DNA of 64,000 bases from Candidatus Latescibacterota bacterium. Lineage in GTDB: Bacteria; Latescibacterota; UBA2968; UBA8231. Position 1 is the stretch's first letter; every line of letters begins with the position of its first letter. The stretch lies in the NCBI GenBank assembly GCA_965215195.1, contig CBDCDC010000001.1, positions 1,152,001 through 1,216,000 of the forward strand, given 5' to 3'. Below the pieces are notes generated by a model. It saw only the letters and a list, made by a program, of their open reading frames with translations, was not told where the DNA came from and did not search any database. The position numbers were made by a program, and so were the translations under genes. This document shows, piece after piece, positions 19,205 through 27,689 of the stretch.

Positions 19205-20431
19205 ATGGCTGAACTTCCGTACAGCGAGCGCACCCTATCCGGCGTCTTGGCCCGTGCGGCCGGGCAATTTCCGGCTGTCGTCCTGACCGGCCCGCGCCAA
19301 TCCGGCAAGACGACCCTCGTGCGCCATCTCTTCGGTGCGACCCATTCCTACTGCACCCTCGACGATATAACCATCCGCGAGCAGGCCCGTAGCGATGCCC
19401 AACTTTTGCTCGCACGCTTCCCCCCGCCGGTGATTGTCGACGAGATCCAGTATGCCCCCGATCTGCTCCACCGCGTGAAGATCGACATCGACGAGCACCG
19501 GGGGGCAAAGGGACGCTACATAATCACCGGCTCGCAGGCATTCCCACTGATGCAGGACGTCTCCGAATCCCTCGCCGGCCGCGCCGCAATGCTCCTGCTC
19601 CAGTCCATGTCCCTAGCGGAAATGAGTGGGCGGGCCGCGCCGTGCGTTGGCTGGCGGGAAGTGCTGGGTGCGGGAGCGTACGCGGCGAGCGGCCCGACGG
19701 AAATCGCCCGGTGCCTTTTCCGCGGCGGCTTTCCCGAGCCAGCCCTCGACCCGCGCATCGACCCAGCCCTGTGGCTGAGCAGCTACATCCAGACGTACCT
19801 TGAACGCGATGTCCGCACCTTGCGCACTGTGGGTGACCTCGGCGATTTCCAACGCATGCTCTACGCCGTAGCCGCTCGCACGGGAGCATTGATCAATTTT
19901 TCCGATCTGGGGCGCGATCTCGGCGTAACCTCAAAGACGGTCAAAGCATGGGTCTCGGTCCTAGAAGCGAGCGGACAGCTCTTAACCCTCAAGCCCTATC
20001 ACGTAAATTTGGGCAAGAGATTGGTCAAGCAGCCCAAGCTATACTTCTTAGACACTGGGGTCCTCGGCTATCTCTTAGGACTGTCAGGACCCGATCAGAT
20101 GCTACGGGGGATGGCCGCCGGTCCCATGATCGAGAGCGCTGTCTTGGGTGCGCTATATCGCCTGCTCCTGCACCGAGGTACGGTGCCACGCCTGTACTTC
20201 TGGCGCACGGCCGGCGGCCACGAGGTGGACTTCATCCTCGAGGACGGCCAGCAGCTCATCCCCATCGAAGCGAAACTCACGGCCACGCCCAAGCCGGAGC
20301 ACGCCCAAGCCATCGAGCGCTTCCAAGCCCTCTTTGGCGCCCGTGCGGCGCACGGGTTGGTGATATGCCTCTGCCGAGAGCGCTTTCCCCTGACGGCGTC
20401 GGTAGATGCCGTGCCGCTGGGCGCACTGTGA
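19205..20431 (+). CDS. AAA_14 ATPase with DUF4143 and PD-(D/E)XK tail
   Basis: GPRQSGKTT, IVDEIQ, TGS, ESLAGR, PKLYFLDTG, EVDF...IEAK. Confidence 0.92.
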   Translation: MAELPYSERTLSGVLARAAGQFPAVVLTGPRQSGKTTLVRHLFGATHSYCTLDDITIREQARSDAQLLLARFPPPVIVDEIQYAPDLLHRVKIDIDEHRGAKGRYIITGSQAFPLMQDVSESLAGRAAMLLLQSMSLAEMSGRAAPCVGWREVLGAGAYAASGPTEIARCLFRGGFPEPALDPRIDPALWLSSYIQTYLERDVRTLRTVGDLGDFQRMLYAVAARTGALINFSDLGRDLGVTSKTVKAWVSVLEASGQLLTLKPYHVNLGKRLVKQPKLYFLDTGVLGYLLGLSGPDQMLRGMAAGPMIESAVLGALYRLLLHRGTVPRLYFWRTAGGHEVDFILEDGQQLIPIEAKLTATPKPEHAQAIERFQALFGARAAHGLVICLCRERFPLTASVDAVPLGAL

Positions 20432-20450
20432 ACGAAAGGCGCTAGCCGAT

Positions 20451-20620
20451 CGCGGGCGAGGTATAGAGGCGCGGTAGCGCGACTGCGGCCCGCGAAAGAA
20501 CGCCACCCTCGCGCAAGCGGGGACGGGCTGGATGGCAAGCATAGAAGCCTGCGCCCGTGAAAACGGGTGGCGCGGTCGAGCGCGGAAATACCCCCGACCG
20601 GCACAGAGCCGGCTTTGCAA
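20451..20620. repeat. GC-rich REP-like hairpin cluster between convergent genes
   Basis: Modules cccgcgaaag, ctcgcgcaagcggg and cccgtgaaaacggg; longer pairings cgcgggc/gcccgcg, cgccaccc/gggtggcg, cggtcg/cgaccg. Confidence 0.5.
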
Positions 20621-20633
20621 AAGTATTAGGGAA

Positions 20634-21785
20634 TCAAAGCTGCTTATATAGTTGAATGGTGCGCTGGGCCGCGTCTTCCCACGTGAAGGCTGCGGCCCGT
20701 TGGCGTCCTTGGCGCGCTAGCTGTTGGCGGAGCGCGGGATCGGTCAGCAGGTGCTGCATCCCGGCGGCGATGGACGCGGTGTCGAGCGGATCGACGAGCA
20801 CCGCGCTTTCCCCGGCGACTTCGGCCAGCGAAGAACAGTTCGACGTGAGCACCGGACAGCCGCTGGCCATGGCTTCGAGCACGGGAAGCCCGAACCCTTC
20901 TATCAGCGACGGAAACGCAAAAAAGAGCGCGTGGGCAAAACAGGCGCGGATTTGCTCGTCGCTGAGCTGGCCGACGAGGAGCACCCGGTCGCTCAGGCCG
21001 AGCTGCTGCGCCAGCCGCACGAGCGCGGGATTGCCCTCGCCGCGGCCAGCGAACACGAGCGCGAGGTTGGGATGGGCCGAGGCGACTTGGGCAAAAGCGC
21101 ACACCAGCCGCGGCAGGTTTTTGTACGGCAAGCTGTTGCCCAAGCCAAATGCAAAAGGCCGCTCTGCAAAAAGTGCTTCAAGGGTCGCGGCTACGGCGCA
21201 GTCGTCGGCGTTGCCCGAGCTAAACGCAAAGGACGGTTCCGCGCTGTCGACGCGCCAAGCGGGAGCCACGCCGTTAAGGACGGCTGTTACTTTGTCAGCC
21301 GGGACGCCGTGGTCGAGCGCGGCGCGGCGCGTACTGGCGGAGACGGCAACGATGTGGTCGGCGCGAGCTATGGCCCGGCGAATGCCGAAGCTCCCCAGCG
21401 ACCCCTTGACCCACCGCCGCCAGCGCCGGCCATCGGCGAGGTGGGGGTGATCCACCCATATCAGGTCGTGCAAGGTGATGACGACGCGCCGAGCGCGGAC
21501 GCCAATGGGGAGAAAGTGGAACAGGGAGTGGTACACGTCGGCGTCGAGCCCGTTGATGACCCGGGCACCGGCGAGGATATTCCGCCCCGAGGAAATGTCG
21601 TACGGTGCGAAAATCTCCCGGAAGTTGGCTTGGTCGGCGATGGGGCCGTGACGCGAGGGGCGGCGGACGATGATGTACTCGTTTTCGCGGTCCAGCTTGG
21701 CGATATGGCTGACGAGGTCGGCGGCGTAGCGGCCGAGGCTGGTGGGCACGTCGCGCAGGGAGCGGCCGTCGATGCAGATCCTCAC
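20634..21785 (-). CDS. Glycosyltransferase family 4
   Basis: GTG start overlaps the upstream stop; RICIDGR, ITLHDL, KNL, FPSLIEGFGLPVLEAMASGCPV. Confidence 0.92.
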   Translation of the reverse strand: MRICIDGRSLRDVPTSLGRYAADLVSHIAKLDRENEYIIVRRPSRHGPIADQANFREIFAPYDISSGRNILAGARVINGLDADVYHSLFHFLPIGVRARRVVITLHDLIWVDHPHLADGRRWRRWVKGSLGSFGIRRAIARADHIVAVSASTRRAALDHGVPADKVTAVLNGVAPAWRVDSAEPSFAFSSGNADDCAVAATLEALFAERPFAFGLGNSLPYKNLPRLVCAFAQVASAHPNLALVFAGRGEGNPALVRLAQQLGLSDRVLLVGQLSDEQIRACFAHALFFAFPSLIEGFGLPVLEAMASGCPVLTSNCSSLAEVAGESAVLVDPLDTASIAAGMQHLLTDPALRQQLARQGRQRAAAFTWEDAAQRTIQLYKQL

Positions 21786-22519
21786 GGGACGAGGCCGGCG
21801 CAGTAGTTGGGGATGTGCGCCAGCGCGGCCCGCGGCCAGACCCGGAAGTCGGCATAGGCGGCCGCGGCGTGCCCCCGGGTCGAATTGGCATCGGTGAGCA
21901 AGGCGATGCCAATGGTTTTTTTGGGCAGCTTGGGCGACAAAATGCGCTCGTGATCCCGTTCTAGATCGACCTGCGCTTGGAGCCATTGCCCCAACTTCTC
22001 CGGCCCGCTTTCGAGCACGACAAACCAGGGGCGGGCAATGCCCTTGCGGCGGGCGACCGTGCCGGGGGCCAAGGTCGTGCTCCACACGTATTTGATCTGT
22101 CGCGGGATGCCGAGGAAGTTGCGCGAGAAAATGACGTGTACCCCGGCGGCGCTGTCGTTGGTCTCGGTATAGCGCTCGTCGCCCCCCGGCGGCAGGGCGT
22201 CGGTGCGCCAGCACCAAGTCATAATCGGATACTGCCGGGGATCCCAGTGGAATCTCTTCATCAGAATGACCGAGTGGCCGCTGTCCTGTGCCGCTAGGTA
22301 GCGGCGACCGTTGGCCTCGCGGACGGCGTAGAGCTTGGGTTTGTCGTTGTCCTTGCGGCGCCAGCGCCAGCCACGGGGCAGGCTGTCTAGAGGCGTGGTG
22401 GCAAAGTCTTCGAGGACAATGTAAGGGGGGACTTCATCCGGCGGTGCGTCTTGGGCAGAGGCCGTGTAGAGAGAGAGGACGCAGTAGCCCGCCAGACAAG
22501 CGAGTATGGGTCGGCGCAT
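21782..22519 (-). CDS. DUF3047 domain secreted protein
   Basis: Signal peptide; YPIMTWCW, NDSAA, IKYVWS, VLESG, IALLTDANST. Confidence 0.8.
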   Translation of the reverse strand: MRRPILACLAGYCVLSLYTASAQDAPPDEVPPYIVLEDFATTPLDSLPRGWRWRRKDNDKPKLYAVREANGRRYLAAQDSGHSVILMKRFHWDPRQYPIMTWCWRTDALPPGGDERYTETNDSAAGVHVIFSRNFLGIPRQIKYVWSTTLAPGTVARRKGIARPWFVVLESGPEKLGQWLQAQVDLERDHERILSPKLPKKTIGIALLTDANSTRGHAAAAYADFRVWPRAALAHIPNYCAGLVP

Positions 22520-22537
22520 GGCTCTATCTCGCGTGGG

Positions 22538-23569
22538 TCAGCGCGGGTTGCCTTGTTCCTGAAGCATAGTTAACGCCGTTGAGGGGCGGCGCTGGAGTGC
22601 GGTGCGGCTCATGTAGCTGAGGCAGGTCCAGCCAATGAAAATCCAAAACACGCGGCGCATGCGGCGCACAAGACCCAAGGACAGGCCGAGAGATGGGTCC
22701 AACCCCAAGCTGGAGAACAGAAACACGAGGCTGCCTTCCATGACCCCGATATTGGAGGGCATGAAGAAGAACAGGCCGTTGATGACCGCGCCCAAGGCAT
22801 TGAGCAGAAAACAAAACCAAAAGCCAATGCCCGCGTCGAGGGCCCAGAGGATGGCGTAGGTCTCGCAGGTGCCCATAAACCAGCCGATGCTCTGAAAGAA
22901 CAAGGCGCGGAGGAAGCGGGTGCGGTGGGTGCGGTAAAAGGCTCCGATATTGGTGTCGATGCGCGCCGCACGCCCCATATTGCGCTCGATCACATCGGTG
23001 CGCAGGCCGGCCGAGCGCAGCAGTTTGAGCAGGGACGTGAACATGCGCTCTTGGCGCTTGTAGAAGACCCAGAAGGCCGCCAAGCTGACGGTGAGCAGAC
23101 AGGCGAAAAAAGCCCGGTACTCCAAGGGGATAAGCTCGGACACGTCGTGGTAGTAGAACAACAGCCCTAGGCCGAGGATGGTAAAGGACAGGCCGACCGC
23201 AAGTTGCGCGGTTTTGTCGACGACCACCGAGGCCATGCCGCGCGGGCCGGGCGTCCGGTGGGTGAGCAAATAGGCCTTGACCGGCTCGCCGCCGAGATTG
23301 GCCAGCGGCGTGAGTTGGTTGACGGCCTCGCCGGCCAGCTTGGCCGCAAAAAGGGTGGGCAGCCGCGGTTTGAAGGCGTCGGGCGGGAAGGCGAAGTTCC
23401 AAGCGATGGTGTTGGAAAGATGCCAAGCGCACGAGGGCAGCAACAGCAAGGGGAACACCCACTTGATCGCGTCTAGGTGATGGAGGACCTCGTCAACCCC
23501 GAGCTGGCCGACGAGATAGCCCAGCAGCAGGAAGCCAACGGCGACCATGGAAATTTGCAGGGCTCTCAC
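22538..23569 (-). CDS. Lysylphosphatidylglycerol-synthase TM / flippase-like membrane protein
   Basis: GTG start overlaps the upstream stop; GEAVNQLTP..GGEPVKAY, PSNIGVMEG, multiple TM helices. Confidence 0.85.
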   Translation of the reverse strand: MRALQISMVAVGFLLLGYLVGQLGVDEVLHHLDAIKWVFPLLLLPSCAWHLSNTIAWNFAFPPDAFKPRLPTLFAAKLAGEAVNQLTPLANLGGEPVKAYLLTHRTPGPRGMASVVVDKTAQLAVGLSFTILGLGLLFYYHDVSELIPLEYRAFFACLLTVSLAAFWVFYKRQERMFTSLLKLLRSAGLRTDVIERNMGRAARIDTNIGAFYRTHRTRFLRALFFQSIGWFMGTCETYAILWALDAGIGFWFCFLLNALGAVINGLFFFMPSNIGVMEGSLVFLFSSLGLDPSLGLSLGLVRRMRRVFWIFIGWTCLSYMSRTALQRRPSTALTMLQEQGNPR

Positions 23570-24840
23570 GCGGCCTCCTCCGGCTTGACGGCCGGTGCGG
23601 GAAGCGCGGCCACCTGTGGCTCGGTGCTGCGCCGGTTGCCCAGCAGGCGGTAATGGGTGGTCAAAACGCCCAGCGCCGCCACGTGCAGCAGGCCGACGAG
23701 GAGCCAATACACGATCGCCAACAGGTTGGCCACCAAGCCGATGGCAATGACCAATGAGAGGAAGTCCCGCTTGGCAATAAAGCCGGTGCGCTCCAAGAAC
23801 CGATAAGTCCAGTCCTTTTCGCAATCGGGGACTTTGTTGCCCAAGTCGCCGAGGTAGTACTGTAGGCTTCCGGTGCCGGTTTTCAGGGCGTAGCTGTAGA
23901 GCAGGATTAGGGTCAGGACCAGCGAGGCGATGGCCGAGATGCCAGCGTAGATGGGCAGGTAATTGTCGGGATAGAGCTGCCACATACCGGCCATCAGGGC
24001 ACCGTACCCGCAGAGATAGGCGAGGTTGTCGGTGACCGTATCGAACCAAGCGCCGAATTTGGTCTCGGCCAGCTTGACGCGGGCGATCTCGCCGTCGCAG
24101 CCGTCGAGGATGGAGGCGAGCTGCCAGAGGACGCCAGCGCAGGCGAGCCGCAGGTAGGAGTCAGGCTGCGTCGCTAGGTACGCGGCGAACAGGCCCGGGC
24201 ACAGGACCATAAAAAAGGTCACCGCGTTGGGCGCGATGCCGGTATCGACGATGAGTTTGCTGATGCGCACGGAGATGCGCACGTTGAGCAGGCGCGCTAC
24301 CGTGCCGCTGGTGGCCTTGCTCACTTGGTCGAAGAGCATGTTCTTAGCGGCGCACGCAGTGGGCTTGTCGGTCACGCGTTGCCACAGGTGCGGCGCAATG
24401 TTTTCGCGGCGCTGCGGGCGCGCTGCGAGCGAGCTCCACAGGTCGCCAGTTAGCGCGTCTGCAGGCAACGCGCCCGGCGCACAGAGGAAGGCCCCGCTGC
24501 TGACGCCGTCGCTGGTCTGCGCGACGAGGTCGTCTCGTTGCAGGCCCGCGTTGAGGAGCGCTCGTAGCGAGGAGTGGTGGTGGACGCAATCGCCCTTGAG
24601 CAGCAGCAAGGGCGCGTCGGGTAGGCGAGCGGCCTGCGGGGTGGTTTGCTCTACTTGGATGTCGAGATCGGGGACTAGGGATTTGCCGCTGGAGGCGTGG
24701 CCGGGGGGCAGCACGACTAAGACGCGCTTGATGCCGGCGCTGGCCATGGTGCGAATTCCGCGTTGGAGGAGGGTGCGGCCAGCGACCTGCACATCGGTTG
24801 CAGCACCAGCGGGAAAAAACAAAATGCCTTGCTCAAGCAT
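23566..24840 (-). CDS. CDP-alcohol phosphatidyltransferase with degenerate N-terminal nucleotidyltransferase-like domain
   Basis: PNAVT and DGCDGEIAR...FGAWFDTVTD signature; N-terminal VAGRTLL.R. Confidence 0.88.
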   Translation of the reverse strand: MLEQGILFFPAGAATDVQVAGRTLLQRGIRTMASAGIKRVLVVLPPGHASSGKSLVPDLDIQVEQTTPQAARLPDAPLLLLKGDCVHHHSSLRALLNAGLQRDDLVAQTSDGVSSGAFLCAPGALPADALTGDLWSSLAARPQRRENIAPHLWQRVTDKPTACAAKNMLFDQVSKATSGTVARLLNVRISVRISKLIVDTGIAPNAVTFFMVLCPGLFAAYLATQPDSYLRLACAGVLWQLASILDGCDGEIARVKLAETKFGAWFDTVTDNLAYLCGYGALMAGMWQLYPDNYLPIYAGISAIASLVLTLILLYSYALKTGTGSLQYYLGDLGNKVPDCEKDWTYRFLERTGFIAKRDFLSLVIAIGLVANLLAIVYWLLVGLLHVAALGVLTTHYRLLGNRRSTEPQVAALPAPAVKPEEAA

Positions 24841-24871
24841 GCGGTTGCCGTTTAGCCGGGGCGGGTTGGGG

Positions 24872-25108
24872 TTATCCGGGTAGCTTGCTGAGGATGCTAA
24901 AAAGCAGGCTGCCCATAGAGATGAGCGTTGCGATCTGGATGCCCAGCAGCCAATACATGCGGCTATTGAGTGCGTCGATGCGGCGGCTCAGCTCGCCCAT
25001 ACCGCGCTCGATCGCGTCCAAGCGGTAGTTGAGTTGCTCGGCAATGCCTTCTAACCGTCCAATGCGGCGGTCGTGGTCTTGTGCTTGGGTTAGGGGTTGC
25101 TCGGTCAT
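24872..25108 (-). CDS. Small coiled-coil protein with C-terminal TM anchor (DUF1640/Bdr-like), copy A
   Basis: RBS AAAGGA; heptad region then YWLLGIQIATLISMGSLLFSIL. Confidence 0.8.
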   Translation of the reverse strand: MTEQPLTQAQDHDRRIGRLEGIAEQLNYRLDAIERGMGELSRRIDALNSRMYWLLGIQIATLISMGSLLFSILSKLPG

Positions 25109-25243
25109 GGTGGTTCCTTTCGGGGGGATGCCCGGTCCTTGATATGCCCCAAAGCGCGGTCAATCGCCAGCGAGCCAATTTGGGGCTGGATAAAATAAGA
25201 AACACTTATTATGCGGTTGCCGTTTAGCCGGGGCGGGTTGGGG

Positions 25244-25492
25244 TTATTCGGGTAGCTTGCTGAGGATGCTAAAAAGCAGGCTGCCCATGGCGATCAGACT
25301 GGCGATCTGCATCCCGACAAGCCAGCGCGTCAGCGCGTCAATGCGGCGGTTGGTCTGCTGTTGGCCTTGCCGCAGTTCGACAAGGGCACGGTCAATCGCG
25401 TCCAAGCGGTAGTTGAGTTGCTCGGCAATGCCTTCTAACCGTCCAATGCGGCGGTCGTGGTCTTGTGCTTGGGTTAGGGGTTGCTCGGTCAT
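25244..25492 (-). CDS. Small coiled-coil protein with C-terminal TM anchor, copy B
   Basis: First 33 aa identical to copy A; different core. Confidence 0.8.
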   Translation of the reverse strand: MTEQPLTQAQDHDRRIGRLEGIAEQLNYRLDAIDRALVELRQGQQQTNRRIDALTRWLVGMQIASLIAMGSLLFSILSKLPE

Positions 25493-25670
25493 GGTGGTTC
25501 CTTTCGGGGGGATGCCCGGTCCTTGATATGCCCCAAAGCGCGGTCAATCGCCAGCGAGCCAATTTGGGGCTGGATAAAATAAGAAACACTTATTATAAGG
25601 AATTTTGTATCGTTTGTCGGCCCTTAAATTCGCATGGCTATTGGGTTACAATTAACAGAAAGGGCGTGTC

Positions 25671-27689
25671 ATGGCGGTTAAGACCTTTGCATGGCTGCTT
25701 CTGGTGGGCTGGGCGACGGCTAGCAGTGCCCAGCGGCAAAGCTGGCAAATTGGCGGCGCGGGCTTGGCTTGGAGTGAGGGCGATTCTGCTGTGGTGCTCG
25801 TCGATTTCGACTCGGCACCCGGGGCGATTCAACCCGTCTATATCGATCCCGACCAAAGTTTGTTCTCGCTCCTTACTGACTGGGAACCGCTCAAAGAGCC
25901 CCGCGAGTTGACCTATGTCGAAGGCGAGACGCCGCGAGCTTGGAAGGGTGCAGAGGGCAACGAGACGACGGCCCACAATGGCACCTATATGGTCGATGGC
26001 GACAGTATGTCCTTTAATCCGCCGGTCTCGTCCAATCCCGAATCGGTCTGGTACACCATTGATCTAGCCGTGCCCGTGCCTGCGCACCGCTTTGGTTTTT
26101 TTACGCCGCCGCGGGGCTTTCGCTCCGACGGCATTCCCTTTGCCCAAGATGCCGTGCCCGCCTATGAGGTCTCCATTGCGGCGGAAGGCGATCCGAGTTG
26201 GCTCGAAGGCAGTCAGCCATACCAGCGAATTGGTCCGCTAATCGCCGATGTGGCCGAAAACTTTGCCGCCCGGGTGCAGATCGAATTTCCCAGACAATAC
26301 GTGCGTTTTGTGCGCTATAAGCGGAAGACGTCGCTGTTGGATTCGGGGAGGGGAGGCAACACTAGCGTGGGTTCCGGGACCGCTTTCAAGGGATCCATCG
26401 GGGACTTTGAACTCTTTGGCGAGGGGGTGCCGCGCAAGGCGGTTTACCGCTCGCGGATTTTCGCATTGGAAAAGCCCGTCAACTTAGGTCGTCTGTCGTG
26501 GGCGGCAACGCGGCTGCGCGCAGTTGATGGCAAACTGGTGGAGGCGCCCGATGCCGAGGTGGGGGTGGCGGTGGAGGTGCGCACGGGGCGCGACGGGGAT
26601 CCGAACATCTACCACGAATACACCGACCGCGGGGGGGAAGAGGTGGTGCCGCGCGAACGCTACGACTTGGTCTTGCAGCCGCGCTGGCGCGCCGGTCGCC
26701 TGCGCGATCCCCGACCGGGGATGCGGGCCTCGATCACCTACGACAGCGACAATTGGTCTTTTTGGTCGTTGCCCTTTTCTGAGCCGGGGCAGGCGATTGC
26801 CCTCAAAGGGGGAACGCATTTCCAGTTGCGTATTACGCTCACAAGCGAGGAGTTTACCGCATTCGTGCGGCTTGACTCGTTGTGGATTGAGACGGCACCG
26901 CTACTGGCTAGCCGGGTCGTGGGCGAGGTGGCGCTAGCCGGCGACGTGCAGCCGGCAGGGGGCTTGACCCAAGTGCCGTTGGGGACCGCGGCCGAGCTGA
27001 TCTACGATATCCGCGGCGAATTTGCCGATGCGGGGGCCGGCTTTGACGCGCTGAGGATTCGCACCGGGACGCGGGCTGCGTTTACCCGGCTAGAGATGGG
27101 AGACCCGCCGAGGGCGATTGAGCCGGTTGAAGTCGTCGAAGGCGACGAGGAACTCGCGGTCGCCTTGCCGGAGCGGGTCGGGCCGGGGTCCGCGCAGGGG
27201 GCGCGGGTCGTCTTTGTCGCCGATGTGTTCTCGCTGGCTTGGACGTTTTCGGGCGAGGTCTATAATGCAGGCGTCGATGCACTGCCCCAGCCCGTTGAGC
27301 CGGGCGATGCCAGCGCCGAACTGGGGACCAATAGTCTGCGGGTCTTGGGGATGGCCGGGCAAAGCACCGGGCCGGTGGTGGGGTTGGATTTTTCCACTAG
27401 GGTGCTGACGCCCAATGGCGACGGAGTCCACGACGAGGTCGAGATCAGCTATGCACTGGTGGGGTTGCCCGAAGCGGTGCCCGTGGCGTTCAAGGTGTAT
27501 TCGCTCGACCGAAGGCGAGTGGCCAAGCGGTCATTAGGTTCGCAGCGCTTCGGGGCGCAGCGGGTGCGCTGGGATGGGCGCGATGAGGGCGGGGTTTTGT
27601 TGTCGCCGGGTCTCTATCTCGTCGAAGTAGTGCCTGAAGCCGAGCAGACCGGGGTCCGTCGGTTGCGCCCACTAACGGTGATCTACTGA
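25671..27689 (+). CDS. Large secreted protein with C-terminal TPNGDG/FlgD-Ig (T9SS type B-like) domain
   Basis: Signal peptide; discoidin-like DGD...WYTIDL; LTPNGDGVHD...WDGRD...PGLYLV...VIY. Confidence 0.85.
   Translation: MAVKTFAWLLLVGWATASSAQRQSWQIGGAGLAWSEGDSAVVLVDFDSAPGAIQPVYIDPDQSLFSLLTDWEPLKEPRELTYVEGETPRAWKGAEGNETTAHNGTYMVDGDSMSFNPPVSSNPESVWYTIDLAVPVPAHRFGFFTPPRGFRSDGIPFAQDAVPAYEVSIAAEGDPSWLEGSQPYQRIGPLIADVAENFAARVQIEFPRQYVRFVRYKRKTSLLDSGRGGNTSVGSGTAFKGSIGDFELFGEGVPRKAVYRSRIFALEKPVNLGRLSWAATRLRAVDGKLVEAPDAEVGVAVEVRTGRDGDPNIYHEYTDRGGEEVVPRERYDLVLQPRWRAGRLRDPRPGMRASITYDSDNWSFWSLPFSEPGQAIALKGGTHFQLRITLTSEEFTAFVRLDSLWIETAPLLASRVVGEVALAGDVQPAGGLTQVPLGTAAELIYDIRGEFADAGAGFDALRIRTGTRAAFTRLEMGDPPRAIEPVEVVEGDEELAVALPERVGPGSAQGARVVFVADVFSLAWTFSGEVYNAGVDALPQPVEPGDASAELGTNSLRVLGMAGQSTGPVVGLDFSTRVLTPNGDGVHDEVEISYALVGLPEAVPVAFKVYSLDRRRVAKRSLGSQRFGAQRVRWDGRDEGGVLLSPGLYLVEVVPEAEQTGVRRLRPLTVIY

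Larger units (their letters stand above)
24839..25594. repeat. Tandem duplication of 372-nt and 384-nt units
   Basis: Units 24839-25210 and 25211-25594 both run atgcggttgccg...aataagaaacacttatt. Confidence 0.95.

Noticed and set aside
20465-20620. Lysine riboswitch (AGAGGCGC) or hammerhead ribozyme
   Set aside because: Other conserved core motifs are missing and the site lies between convergent genes
20634-24049. Long N-terminal extensions in the ORF track (also 13559, 35284, 37625, 48489, 51361, 62489)
   Set aside because: They overlap neighbouring genes; downstream starts with RBS, stop-start coupling or family-typical N-termini fit better
25192-25220. dif/Xer site at the tandem junction
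   Set aside because: Only a partial XerC-like arm (ttatgcg) and no XerD arm at the right spacing
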